From the NCBI GenBank assembly GCA_963703955.1, contig CAVPGK010000017.1, positions 128,001 through 192,000 on the forward strand: DNA of 64,000 nucleotides. Direction: 5' to 3'. Shown one piece after another: positions 1-12,999 of this stretch; positions within the stretch are counted from its first letter, which is position 1; each line of letters starts with the position of its first letter. The translations under genes and the position numbers were made by a program. A model generated the notes under the pieces. That model made no database searches. It was given only the letters and a program-made list of their open reading frames with translations, and had not been told where the DNA came from. Source of the stretch: Nitrospirota bacterium. GTDB lineage: Bacteria; Nitrospirota; Nitrospiria; Nitrospirales; Nitrospiraceae.

Positions 1-372
1 CCGCTCCGTCACCAATGCCCGCGCACCGACAATACAGTCCTCCCTGATCAGGGCACCGTCCATGATGGTCGCTCCCATCCCGACCAGCACCCGGTCCTTG
101 ATGGTACAGCCATGAAGCACCACATGATGTCCCACCGTCACATCATCGCCGAGGATCGTCGGATACGTATCATGAGTCACATGGACGACGCAAAGATCTT
201 GGATGTTCGTCCGGCTTCCAATCCTGATGTAGTGCACATCACCGCGAATCACGGCGTTGAACCACACGCTGGAGTCGTCGCCGACCACTACATCCCCGAT
301 GACGACCGCGGTCTCCTCGATGAAGGCGTTGTCTGCAATGGTGGGCTTGATCCCTTGGAAGGTACGAATCAT
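1..372 (-). CDS. Gamma-class carbonic anhydrase family / hexapeptide-repeat protein (YrdA-like); 3' end runs off the window
   Basis: Not in the ORF track. My translation from the ATG at 372 gives MIRTFQGIKPTIADNAFIEETAVVIGDVVVGDDSSVWFNAVIRGDVHYIRIGSRTNIQDLCVVHVTH...VTVGHHVVLHGCTIKDRVLVGMGATIMDGA, which carries the family motifs and three His ligands. Confidence 0.9.
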   Translation of the reverse strand, partial: MIRTFQGIKPTIADNAFIEETAVVIGDVVVGDDSSVWFNAVIRGDVHYIRIGSRTNIQDLCVVHVTHDTYPTILGDDVTVGHHVVLHGCTIKDRVLVGMGATIMDGALIREDCIVGARALVTER

Positions 373-430
373 GCCTCTACCTTAGAGAAACTACACCACG
401 TGAATCAAGCCGACCTTGATTGTTCTCGAG

Positions 431-460
431 TTGACACTGCTTCTCGCCCTCCCGTACACT
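431..460 (+). promoter_or_regulatory. Sigma-70-type promoter for rimO
   Basis: TTGACA-18 nt-TACACT just upstream of in-frame ATGs at 470 and 491. Confidence 0.45.
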
Positions 461-469
461 CCTTCCCCT

Positions 470-1855
470 ATGTCGGGTAGAGTTCTCACCATGAGAGCCG
501 ATTTCCCTGCCGTGCGGATCGGGTTCGTCAACCTGGGATGCTCCAAGAATCAGGTGGACGCTGAGGTTATGCTCGGCTCGCTCACGACCAACGGCTTTAC
601 ACTGACCACTGATCCCGATACGGCCGAAGTCGTCATTATCAATACCTGCGGCTTTATCGAGGAAGCCAAGCAGGAGTCGATCAACGCGATTATCGAGTGC
701 GGGGAACTCAAGAAAACAGGCGCGTGCAAAGTTCTGATCGCCGCCGGGTGCCTCGCCCAGCGCTACCAGGGTGAGTTGCTGAAGGAGTTGCCTGAGCTGG
801 ACGGGGTCGTTGGGACCGGCGAAATCGGACGCATCGCAGACATCTGCCGCACACTGCTCAAGCCGGCCCGCAAGACTCAACGGCTCTGGATGGCTCCCCC
901 GCCCTATCTCTACGATGAGATGACCCCAAGGCTGCGTCTGGGCAAGACTCATACAGCCTACGTTAAGATCGCCGAGGGCTGTAACCGCAATTGCGCGTTC
1001 TGCGCCATTCCGCTCATGCGTGGTAAGCAGCGGAGCAGACCGGTCCAGTCCATCGTTGAAGAGGCCAGACGCCTCGCAGCCGAGGGTGTCAAGGAGATCA
1101 ATCTGATCTCGCAAGATACGATCAACTACGGGGTAGATCTCGGCCTGAAGCGAGGGCTCGCCACGCTTTTGCGTGAATTGGTAAAGGTGAAGGAGCTTCG
1201 GTGGATCCGTCCCTTCTATCTTTATCCGCAGCAAGTGGACGATGATCTGATCGACCTCTACGCCGGAGAGGAGAAGATCACCAAGTATATCGACATGCCG
1301 CTTCAGCACATCAATGACACGATGCTGAAGCGCATGCATCGATTGGGGAATAGAGCCTCCATCACGAACCTCGTGAATCGGCTACGGGCGCGGATTCCCG
1401 GTTTGACCTTCCGGACCGGCTTCATCGTGGGATTTCCGGGCGAGACCAAGGCTCACTTCATGGAATTGAAGCACTACCTGACCGAGATGGAGTTTGATCG
1501 TGTCGGGGTGTTCCTCTATTCGGACGAAGACGGAACGCCGGCAATGGAGCTTACCGATAAACGCGAGCGGGACGTGATGGAAGAGCGTCAAGCCGAATTA
1601 CTTCGCGTGCAGGAATCAATCGCGCTGAAGCGGAGTCGCCAACTGATCGGCCGCACGATGGAAGTGCTGGTAGAGGGAGTATCGGAAGAAACGGACCTGC
1701 TGTGGGCAGCCCGCCACGAAGGACAGGCGCCGGAGATTGACGGCGTCGTCTACATCAACGACGCCGCCAATCATCTCCTGAAACCCAGTGAATTCGTCAA
1801 GGCTCAGATCACCGATGCCGCCGCCTACGACCTCGTCGCTCACATCCTAAGCTGA
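470..1855 (+). CDS. rimO: Ribosomal protein S12 methylthiotransferase
   Basis: LGCSKNQVDAE, INTCGFIEEAKQES, radical SAM motif EGCNRNCAFC, and a TRAM domain with APEIDG. Start is 470 or 491. Confidence 0.95.
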   Translation: MSGRVLTMRADFPAVRIGFVNLGCSKNQVDAEVMLGSLTTNGFTLTTDPDTAEVVIINTCGFIEEAKQESINAIIECGELKKTGACKVLIAAGCLAQRYQGELLKELPELDGVVGTGEIGRIADICRTLLKPARKTQRLWMAPPPYLYDEMTPRLRLGKTHTAYVKIAEGCNRNCAFCAIPLMRGKQRSRPVQSIVEEARRLAAEGVKEINLISQDTINYGVDLGLKRGLATLLRELVKVKELRWIRPFYLYPQQVDDDLIDLYAGEEKITKYIDMPLQHINDTMLKRMHRLGNRASITNLVNRLRARIPGLTFRTGFIVGFPGETKAHFMELKHYLTEMEFDRVGVFLYSDEDGTPAMELTDKRERDVMEERQAELLRVQESIALKRSRQLIGRTMEVLVEGVSEETDLLWAARHEGQAPEIDGVVYINDAANHLLKPSEFVKAQITDAAAYDLVAHILS

Positions 1856-1935
1856 CGAGCCGGCTCGCCATTCGAGCCCACGCCTTGCCATTGCGACAGT
1901 AATATCGAAGGTGTTTGCGCCCTGTCGGCCGCATG

Positions 1936-3471
1936 CTACACCTTCACACTCAGGAACAGGGATGCGCCACGACGGTTGATCCGCAACAGCACGCTCTGAT
2001 CCTTCTTCAAGTCGGCTGTGGCCTTCTCAAAATCCTTGGCCGATCGAACCTCGTGCCGGTTGATCTCAAGGATCACGTCACCCTCCATCATCCCTGCCTG
2101 TTCGGCCGGGCTGTCCGATTCGACGGCGGTGACCACGACCCCTTTGGTCTTTTCACTCAGCCCGAGTTCCTGAGCCATTTTGCGATCGAGCGTCTGCACC
2201 TCGATCCCGACAAGCGCGTGCTCCGCATCGCCGCCCGTTTCGGCTTTCGCCGTCTTGATGGCGTCCGCCTGTTCGCCGACGGTTACCGTCAGTTCCTTCT
2301 CATGACCGTCACGGAGCACTCTGACCGTGGCTTTCGCGCCCACCGGAGTGCGAGTGACCATCCGCTGCAGCGCGGCCGGCTCCTCCACCCGCTCGCCCTG
2401 ATATTCCACGATCACGTCGCCCTGCTTGATCCCGCCTTGCTCGGCCGGGCTATCCGCCGTGACGTCGCTGATCAGCACGCCGCCGGCTTTCTTCAACCCG
2501 AAAGACTTCGCCAAATCCGGGGTCAGATCCTGAATCGCCACGCCCAGATAACCCCGAACCACTTTGCCTGACTTCATCAGACTCTCGTATACCGGTTTTG
2601 CCATGCTTGTCGGTACGGCAAATCCGACGCCTTGATACCCGCCGGTCTGGGAAAAGATCGCGGTATTGATGCCGATGAGCTCACTTTTGGTGTTCACCAG
2701 CGCACCACCCGAGTTCCCCGGATTGATCGCTGCATCGGTCTGGATGAAATCCTCGTACTGCGTGATGCCCATCCGGCCTCGTCCCAGCGCGCTCACGATG
2801 CCGAGCGTCACGGTCGAGTTCAGGCCGAACGGGTTCCCGACTGCCAGTACGTACTCACCAACCTGTAGCTTCGAGGAGTCTCCCCAGGCGACGTACGGCA
2901 GCTCCCGTCCGTCGATCTTCACCACGGCCAGATCGGTCTTCGGATCGGTTCCGACCACCTTGCCCTTGAATTCCCGCTTATCCGGTAACGTGACCTGGAC
3001 CTCCTTCGCGCTTTCCACCACATGGTTATTGGTGATGATGTAACCATCCTGGGAAATGATCACCCCCGACCCCATCCCACCACCGCGTGGCCCTCGGTCG
3101 AACGGCCCGTGCTCGAAGGGGCTCTTTCCTCGTGGACCAAACGGCTTACGCGGGAATTGGAACCCAAAAAACTCTTCCATCTGATCGAACGGCTCACGCC
3201 ACTCGCGACCCTCACGACGATCGCGATCACGGACGAGCGTTTTCGCCGGCGTAATGTTGACCACGGCCGGTTTGACCGCCTTGGCCACCTCAATGAATCC
3301 CGGCGCGCTTTCGCTCCCCGTTAACGTGGTGGCCACGGACGTCGCCGCAACCGCTCCCTGCGGCGAGACGACATACTGTCCGGAGATGAACGCGACAGAC
3401 CCAAGCATGGCCAGCCCTGTGATCACGCCCACCATGCTCACCAGTCGTGAACGCACACTCAGTGACTTCAT
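1936..3471 (-). CDS. degP: Do/DegP-family periplasmic serine endoprotease (trypsin + 2 PDZ)
   Basis: TNNHVV, DLAVVKI, QTDAAINPGNSGG and two PDZ domains. N-terminal signal/TM and an RBS before the ATG at 3471. Confidence 0.9.
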   Translation of the reverse strand: MKSLSVRSRLVSMVGVITGLAMLGSVAFISGQYVVSPQGAVAATSVATTLTGSESAPGFIEVAKAVKPAVVNITPAKTLVRDRDRREGREWREPFDQMEEFFGFQFPRKPFGPRGKSPFEHGPFDRGPRGGGMGSGVIISQDGYIITNNHVVESAKEVQVTLPDKREFKGKVVGTDPKTDLAVVKIDGRELPYVAWGDSSKLQVGEYVLAVGNPFGLNSTVTLGIVSALGRGRMGITQYEDFIQTDAAINPGNSGGALVNTKSELIGINTAIFSQTGGYQGVGFAVPTSMAKPVYESLMKSGKVVRGYLGVAIQDLTPDLAKSFGLKKAGGVLISDVTADSPAEQGGIKQGDVIVEYQGERVEEPAALQRMVTRTPVGAKATVRVLRDGHEKELTVTVGEQADAIKTAKAETGGDAEHALVGIEVQTLDRKMAQELGLSEKTKGVVVTAVESDSPAEQAGMMEGDVILEINRHEVRSAKDFEKATADLKKDQSVLLRINRRGASLFLSVKV

Positions 3472-3582
3472 ACCTTCCTCCTTGTGACAACAATGAATGC
3501 CCAAATCGAGGCGTCGTCGAAATCCGTAGTCGGATGGTAACAGTGGAAGATAAGAAGCTGATTAAAGCGAGATTAGAAGTTT

Positions 3583-5052
3583 CTAATGGGAAGGGGAGGC
3601 GGACAGGAGCGGAAGGACAACCGTAACCGTCGTGCCTTTGCCGGGTTGACTGTTCAATTGAATCGTGCCGTGGTGAGCCTCCACGATCCATTTGCAGATC
3701 GAGAGCCCCAAGCCGGTGCCCTTTTTCGCATGAGCACGAGCCTGATCCGCTCGATAGAACCGCTGAAAGATATGCGCCTGATCTTCGGGCTCGATCCCAA
3801 TTCCCGAATCCATCACCGAGAGCCGCGCCATTTGCCCATCGGTGACCAAGTTCAATTCGACGATTCCGCCTTTAAAGGAGTATTTGACTGCATTGTCGAC
3901 GAGGTTCAGGAGGAGTTCTCGTAACCTGAATTCATCACCCGCGACAGTGGCCGGCCCCAAAGTCCCCATGACGACCTGGATCTCCTGTTCCTGGGCGAGA
4001 ACGGTCGCTTGCCGCTTGGTATCCTCGACCAACGCGTCGAGCCGAACCGGTTTGGATTCCATCTTGATCTCTCCGAGGTCGGCGCGAGACAGAAATAGTA
4101 ACTCATCCACAATGCGGGTCATGCGGTCGATCTCTTCCAAGCTGCTTTCCAGTACCAGTCGATAGTCCTCAACCGAGCGCGGCCGCCGAAGCGCCAATTC
4201 GGTTTCGCCTTTTAGAACGGTCAGCGGCGTGCGAAGCTCATGTGAGGCATCCGTACTGAACTGGCGGACTTGTCGAAACGACGCTTCCAACCTCGCGATC
4301 ATATCGTTAAAGGTCGCCGCCAATTTTCCGATCTCGTCCTGCGACGGTGGAGCCGACAGCCGTTGGGTGAGATCACCGCCCGCAATGCGTTGCGCGGCGA
4401 GCGTAATCTCGCCGACCGGTCGAAGCGCCCGGCCGGCGAGGAACCAGCCGCCCGCCAGTGCGGCCAGCAGCGCCACCGGCACCGTCACCAGCAGAATCAC
4501 CAGCAAGCGATGGAGCGTTTCTTCCACCGACCGCAGGGATGTCCCGACCTGGACGACATTGACGAGCGTCCCGCCGAGTCGAATGGGAACCGAGATGAGC
4601 CGGAGCGGAGGTTCTCCTTGAAAACGGGCGGACTCAAAGGTGGTGTTCCCGTTAAACGCCTGCTCCAGAGCGGTGCGGCTGAGCGGAATATCGCGGCTCC
4701 GGATATTGGGAGACTGGATCGTAATCTTCCCGCTTGGGCCGAAGATCTGAAAGAACTTGTCCCGCACAGCCAACTCAGGAAAATCCTCGGACAGGTCCTC
4801 GAAAAGCAGAAACGGGCCGAATCGGCGTTCCTCCAGCGAATGAATGGCGACGGACGCGGCGTCCTCCAGCGAACGATCCACTTGATCCTTCAGCGCGCCG
4901 GCCATCTCTGCATACAGCGCGCCGGCAAAGAGGATCAAAATACCGGCTAGCGCCGTTCCATACCAGAGGGTGAGCCTGACACGAAGAGAGAGGCTAGAAC
5001 GACCATGATGTTGGCCTCTAGGCTGAGGTTGAGCCTGAAAATCAGTCATCAC
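3583..5052 (-). CDS. Sensor histidine kinase (CusS/heavy-metal-type; HAMP-HisKA-HATPase)
   Basis: Two TM segments, HAMP, DASHELRTPL, NLVDNAVKY, GTGLGLSI. Start uncertain. Confidence 0.9.
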   Translation of the reverse strand: MMTDFQAQPQPRGQHHGRSSLSLRVRLTLWYGTALAGILILFAGALYAEMAGALKDQVDRSLEDAASVAIHSLEERRFGPFLLFEDLSEDFPELAVRDKFFQIFGPSGKITIQSPNIRSRDIPLSRTALEQAFNGNTTFESARFQGEPPLRLISVPIRLGGTLVNVVQVGTSLRSVEETLHRLLVILLVTVPVALLAALAGGWFLAGRALRPVGEITLAAQRIAGGDLTQRLSAPPSQDEIGKLAATFNDMIARLEASFRQVRQFSTDASHELRTPLTVLKGETELALRRPRSVEDYRLVLESSLEEIDRMTRIVDELLFLSRADLGEIKMESKPVRLDALVEDTKRQATVLAQEQEIQVVMGTLGPATVAGDEFRLRELLLNLVDNAVKYSFKGGIVELNLVTDGQMARLSVMDSGIGIEPEDQAHIFQRFYRADQARAHAKKGTGLGLSICKWIVEAHHGTIQLNSQPGKGTTVTVVLPLLSASPSH

Positions 5053-5068
5053 GTGACCTTAATCTTCC

Positions 5069-5743
5069 TCAGCCTTCGGCCTTCAGCACATAGCCGCTGC
5101 CGCGCAGTGTGTGAATGAGCTTCCTATCGCGGCCGCGGTCGATCTTGTTACGGAGATAATTCACGTACACATCGATGACGTTGGTAAACGTGTCGAAGTC
5201 CAAATCCCAGACGTGTTCGGCAATCATCGGGCGCGTAAGCACTCGGCCGGCGTTCCGCATGAAGTACTCAAGGAGCGCATATTCCTTTGCCGTCAGCTCA
5301 ATGCTCTGCCCTCCCCGGGTCACCTCGCGAGTGGCCGGATTGAGGATCAGGTCTTCGACTTGGAAGATACCGGATGGCTCGCCGCTTCCGCGCCTCAGCA
5401 GAGCCCGTGTGCGCGCCAACAGCTCTTCAATGGCGAACGGCTTGGTGAGGTAATCGTCGGCGCCCGCATCCAAGCCCTTGACCTTCTGATCGAGTTGGGC
5501 CCGAGCGGTCAGAATGAGAACCGGTGTATGGATTTTCTTACTGCGAAGCTTGTGAAGAACGTCGAGGCCGGATAGCCCAGGCAACATCAGGTCGAGGATA
5601 ATCAAATCGTAGCTGCCGAACTCTGCGAGCTCAAATCCTTTCGCGCCATCATCGCAGAGGTCAACCGCGTAACTCTCCTCCTCCAGCGCCTGCCGGATAA
5701 ACGAGGCGACCTTGGCTTCGTCTTCAACCACCAGAATTCGCAT
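5069..5743 (-). CDS. OmpR/CusR-family response regulator
   Basis: MRILVVEDE, LDLMLPG, GADDYLTKPF and a winged-helix tail IHTLRGSGY. Confidence 0.93.
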   Translation of the reverse strand: MRILVVEDEAKVASFIRQALEEESYAVDLCDDGAKGFELAEFGSYDLIILDLMLPGLSGLDVLHKLRSKKIHTPVLILTARAQLDQKVKGLDAGADDYLTKPFAIEELLARTRALLRRGSGEPSGIFQVEDLILNPATREVTRGGQSIELTAKEYALLEYFMRNAGRVLTRPMIAEHVWDLDFDTFTNVIDVYVNYLRNKIDRGRDRKLIHTLRGSGYVLKAEG

Positions 5744-5745
5744 AG

Positions 5746-5883
5746 TAGGCTGCTGAAAAAACCCTCCAGCGGCTGGAGTAGCATTACGGAAACGGCCGCC
5801 TCACCACTCGGCGGCGTGCGCAAACGTGATGCTCGTTATTCCTCGCATCGCGCGCCTTGCTGGAGGCCTTTTTGAGCAGCCTA
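5746..5883. mobile_element. MITE-like repeat, copy A (terminal inverted repeats)
   Basis: TAGGCTGCTGAAAAAACCCTCCAGC ... GCTGGAGGCCTTTTTGAGCAGCCTA. The internal segment is homologous to that of copy B (36954-37127). Confidence 0.75.
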
Positions 5884-5982
5884 GAGTGACGAAGTCATGT
5901 CCTGTCCATGACATACCGGAAACCCATCAGGTAAAAGGCTTAATTGGCACTTCTGCTCTAAAGTTTGAGACCATGTCAGAAC

Positions 5983-7638
5983 TTACTTCGGGGGGAATCT
6001 GGTGATCGTGACCGGCGCGTAGCGCAGCGAAGGGCCGTTCGGTGTGCGATAGGCAAGCGAATGTTTCAGCCAATTCGCGTCGTCCCGTGTCGGGAAGTCG
6101 GAACGATAATGGGCCCCTCGACTCTCCGTGCGAGCCAAGGCTCCCGCGACGATCGTTTCGGCGATGTCTAAGAGCGAGTCCAACTCCAGGGCGTGAATGA
6201 GGTCGGAGTTAAAGATGTGACCATGATCCTGGAGATAGATGTGAGCAACGCGCGCCCTGAGTTGACGCACAGTCTCCATCGCCTCTGTCATCGACTTTTC
6301 AGTCCGAAAGATGCCTAGGTTCAGGCTCAACGTCTTCCCCAACTCCTCTTGGATGTGCCAGGCTCGCTCAATGCCGGTACGTGTCATCAGTGTCTTGATC
6401 CTTCTCCGCTCCATGCGAAGCGTCTCTTCAGAGAGCGCGCGAGGCGTGACCGTCTCGACATAGTCGGACGCGCGACGGCCCGCCCGTCGCCCGAACACGA
6501 CCGTCTCCAACAACGAATTTCCGCCCAGACGATTTGCCCCATGGACGCTCACACAGGCACATTCTCCGGCGGCATACAACCCGGCGATTTCCGTTTCGCC
6601 CCACTGATTGGTTCGCACGCCGCCCATTTGATAGTGGGCGCCGGGCCGGACGGGGATCGGGCTCTCGATGGGGTCCACACCTGCGAATTCGATCGCGAGC
6701 TCCCGTATCTGCGGCAGCCGCTCAAGAATGCGCTGGCGGCCAAGATGACGCAGATCCAGAAGGACGCAGCCATCTACGCCTCGCCCTTCAAGAATTTCTC
6801 TCCCGATGGCCAGCGACACGGTGGATCGGGTCGCTAACTCCATCTGCTCAGGCGCATAGGTTTTCATGAACCTGTCGCCGAGTGTATTGAGCAAATACCC
6901 TCCCTCGCCACGCGCTCCCTCCGTAATCAGGATACCGGTGTCCTTGAGGGTGGTGGGATGAAATTGCACGAACTCCATGTCCTCAAGCGGCGCACCGGCC
7001 CGATAGGCGAGCGCCATCCCATCGCCCGTATTGATGACGGCGTTGGTGCTCGTGAGGAAGACCCGGCCGCTGCCGCCGGTCGCGAGGATTACCGCCTTTG
7101 CCGCAATCGCGTGCAGGCCCCCCTGAAGCAGATTCCAAGCAATGACCCCGCGACAGACGCCGCCCTCGACGATGAGGCTGGTGACATACCATTCTTCGTA
7201 GACCAGGATCCGTCGCTTGAGGAGCTGCTCGTACATCGCGTGGAGGATCGCATGACCGGTTCGGTCGGCGGCGTAACAGGTGCGCGGGAAGCCGGCTCCG
7301 CCGAACGGACGTTGGGCGATGCGGCCGCGCTCGTTCCTGCTGAAGATGACACCCATCCGCTCAAGGTCCAGAATATCGTCAGCCGCCTCCTGGCACATGG
7401 CTTCGATCGCATCCTGATCGCCGAGGTATTGGCCGCCCTTTGCGGTATCCAAGGCATGGGCTTCCCATGAGTCATTTTCGCCGAGCGCGGCGTTGATGCC
7501 ACCCTGCGCTGCGACCGAATGACTACGGACCGGATGAACTTTGGATAGAATCGCGACGTCAAGGTGGGGGGACGCTGCAAGAGCCGCCCTCATGCCGGCG
7601 AGTCCCGCCCCTACGACAAGGAGATCATGAACCTTCAT
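5983..7638 (-). CDS. sdhA: Succinate dehydrogenase/fumarate reductase flavoprotein subunit
   Basis: [16 protein letters not shown] (covalent FAD His), [30 protein letters not shown]. Confidence 0.88.
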   Translation of the reverse strand: MKVHDLLVVGAGLAGMRAALAASPHLDVAILSKVHPVRSHSVAAQGGINAALGENDSWEAHALDTAKGGQYLGDQDAIEAMCQEAADDILDLERMGVIFSRNERGRIAQRPFGGAGFPRTCYAADRTGHAILHAMYEQLLKRRILVYEEWYVTSLIVEGGVCRGVIAWNLLQGGLHAIAAKAVILATGGSGRVFLTSTNAVINTGDGMALAYRAGAPLEDMEFVQFHPTTLKDTGILITEGARGEGGYLLNTLGDRFMKTYAPEQMELATRSTVSLAIGREILEGRGVDGCVLLDLRHLGRQRILERLPQIRELAIEFAGVDPIESPIPVRPGAHYQMGGVRTNQWGETEIAGLYAAGECACVSVHGANRLGGNSLLETVVFGRRAGRRASDYVETVTPRALSEETLRMERRRIKTLMTRTGIERAWHIQEELGKTLSLNLGIFRTEKSMTEAMETVRQLRARVAHIYLQDHGHIFNSDLIHALELDSLLDIAETIVAGALARTESRGAHYRSDFPTRDDANWLKHSLAYRTPNGPSLRYAPVTITRFPPK

Positions 7639-7779
7639 GCAGACCGAGTTGACGATACCTTAGGTCGATTAATCAAGAGCCTGAGATGATCATCATCATG
7701 ACCGATCACAGCTGGTTGAGGCAAGAGGGCAGGTTATACTCTTGCTTCACTCCACCGAGCCATGCAAAATGGGGGAATA

Positions 7780-7843
7780 CAGGGCGGCCTGGTTGTTCTT
7801 CGTGCGCGCGTGGCGCGCACTCAAGAGTAACAGGGCCGCCCTG
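7780..7843. repeat. Long imperfect inverted repeat in the sdhA/gcvP divergent region
   Basis: CAGGGCGGCC...TGTTCTT-CGTGCGCGC / GCGCGCAC-TC-AAGAGTAACA...GGCCGCCCTG. Confidence 0.6.
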
Positions 7844-7940
7844 CTAAGTGAGACGAGAGAAGACGAAGCGGGCGCAATGACAACAAATCCGTCAGGAGAT
7901 ACATTGTAAGGGCACAGCGTAACAAGCCATTGGAGATTTC

Positions 7941-10853
<2,913 letters not shown>

Positions 10854-11029
10854 CGTCGATCGGCTAATTTCGAGTCGATGATAGAGAAAAGGGCCTTGTC
10901 TGTGGGGGCCGAACGCTTCACGGATTTTTCCATATTGAGGCGCATCAGCGGCGTATTTCTATACTTTGTTGAAGCGACGATCGTGTCCTAACGAACTCGA
11001 TCCGTTTCGGGAATGTGCAGGTGCTAGAG

Positions 11030-11720
11030 ATGAGAGGGCGTGCCGCCTCCGTCGTGTGTGTCGGTGTAGCGGCGTGGTCCATGTTGCTCGTCGTTCCCTT
11101 GTCCGCCAAGACAAAACCCGCAGCCGAACGCGCAGAGAAGCCTTCGCTGGAAGTCGAAGAAAAGGCCCAGGAGGCGGCTGACCGAACGGACCGAGCGTCG
11201 GACAAGGCCGTGCGGATGTTGGATCGTGTCATCATTAAGGTACGGCCCAAACCCGGCGAGACCAAGGCCACCGTCCCCGACACATGGCTGACCGCCAAAA
11301 CCAAACTGGCTCTGGTTGCCGACGAGCGAATCACGGGCCGTCAGATGACCGTCGAGACACAGAATGGGGTCATTACGCTCGGCGGGACGGTGGATTCCGA
11401 CGAGGCCAAGACTGCGGCCGAGGAGGCTGCGAAGAGCGTCGAAGGGTGGAAGGATGTCGAGAACAACTTGCGCGTCACCACGCCTTCGCAGGAGAGCGTC
11501 TGACGAAAAAGACAGCGCCATCACACAGAGAGTGAATGCCGCTCTAAGGAAAGACGCAAAATTAAAGAAAGCGGAGATCGCCGTTCGAACGGAGGATGGT
11601 GTTGTCACCCTGACCGGAGCTTCGCCCGATCTCCTCACGAGCGCACACGCTGCTTGGACCGCCTGGAACGCCAAGGGTGTCCGCGTCGTGAAAAATGAGC
11701 TGACGATGAAGAGCAAGTGA
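11030..11720 (+). pseudogene. Dual-BON-domain (OsmY-like) protein split by a +1 frameshift near 11490-11503
   Basis: BON1 (DTWLTAKTKLALVAD...VETQNGVITLGG) ends at TGA 11501-11503. BON2 (DSAITQRVNAALRKD...VRTEDGVVTLTG...VKNEL) continues in the +1 frame with no obvious start of its own. Confidence 0.75.
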
Positions 11721-11785
11721 TCGGGGACGAGTTGAAGGACCACTGACTGTCGCCGCGCTGCCAGGCGACGAGAAGCCCCGCCTAT

Positions 11786-12826
11786 TTATGGAAGGGTCGT
11801 GGTCAGTTCTTCCTTCCGGCCATCCCTCAACACCACGATCGTAATCTTGTCGCCCGGCCGAAGTTCGGTCAGCCGGTCCCTGATAACAGGATAACTACCC
11901 CCTTCCTCGATCATAGGAACGCCTTGCACTTCGAGAACCACGTCTCCCCCGACGATCAACGGCTCGCCTTCGATGAGGGCCGCCATCGTTCCTGCTCGAA
12001 GCCCGATCCTGGCCGCGGGCGAATTGGCCGCCACGCGCTGAACCAATAATCCGGCTTTTTGCGGAACGTTGAACACTCGGGCGAGATCACCGGACAGCAG
12101 AAAGCCCTCGACCCCGCTCCAAAATGGATGTCGCTCAAGCAGGAGCCGCCGCGCCAGGTTGGACGTGACCACGAACCCCAAGCCCTCAAAGCCGCCTGAT
12201 TTCGAAATGATGTGGTTGACGATGCCGATGACCTCGCCTGCCATGTTGAACATGGGACCTCCGGAATTTCCCTGGTTGATCGCCGCGTCGGTCTGAAAGA
12301 ATTCCGAGCGGGAGAGGCCGCCATGGAGGGTGGGAGGCGAGCGCCGTGCGCTGACATGGCCGACGGTCAAGGTATGACCCATCCCAACGGGCGCGCCGAC
12401 AATGAAGACCGGGTCGCCGACCTCGGCGGCGTCCGAATCGCCGAGCTTCGCCACGACTACTTTTGGAGGAACCTTCTCCAGTTGGAGAAGCGCTACGTCC
12501 GCGGACGGGTCAGAGGAAAGCACCTTGGCCGGGATGACCTCTCCACTCTCAAACTCCACTCGGATCGCATCGGCCGTCTGGACTACGTGCGACGCGGTCA
12601 TAACCTTGCCGTCCGCCGAAATGATTACCCCTGAACCGAGTCCCGGGAGGCTGGCAAGCTGCATCTTGGGGCCAGTCACCACGTGTTCATGTTCCGTGCG
12701 GATCACGACGACCGAAGGGTCTACCCTTTTGAAGATCTTGCTCAGCGTTTCCGCTTCAGCGTGGGTCCAAGGCCATGTCAACAGAGGAATCGCCAACAGT
12801 GTGATGAGTCGTGTTCGCATACTCAC
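11786..12826 (-). CDS. HtrA-like trypsin serine protease with one PDZ domain, exported
   Basis: Signal peptide, TASHVV, DVALLQL, QTDAAINQGNSGG and a C-terminal PDZ. Confidence 0.88.
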   Translation of the reverse strand: MSMRTRLITLLAIPLLTWPWTHAEAETLSKIFKRVDPSVVVIRTEHEHVVTGPKMQLASLPGLGSGVIISADGKVMTASHVVQTADAIRVEFESGEVIPAKVLSSDPSADVALLQLEKVPPKVVVAKLGDSDAAEVGDPVFIVGAPVGMGHTLTVGHVSARRSPPTLHGGLSRSEFFQTDAAINQGNSGGPMFNMAGEVIGIVNHIISKSGGFEGLGFVVTSNLARRLLLERHPFWSGVEGFLLSGDLARVFNVPQKAGLLVQRVAANSPAARIGLRAGTMAALIEGEPLIVGGDVVLEVQGVPMIEEGGSYPVIRDRLTELRPGDKITIVVLRDGRKEELTTTLP

Positions 12827-12999
12827 CTCCCGTGGAAGAAGTCCGATGGGTCGATGGATGGTTTCCGAACGGTCAAGGCACTACTCTACCCAGAGTCCCA
12901 TTGGTTTCACAAGATGGGCGGATCGGTTGACTCTCGAGAACGAATGGGGACAAGCTGGGCGTGATAGAATCGGACGCTCCATCGATTACCTACTCTTCG

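Noticed and set aside
5945..5960. Sigma-54 promoter (TGGCAC)
   Set aside because: No -12 TTGC at the correct spacing, and it points antisense into sdhA.
7640..7940. Glycine riboswitch upstream of gcvP
   Set aside because: The conserved aptamer motifs were not found.
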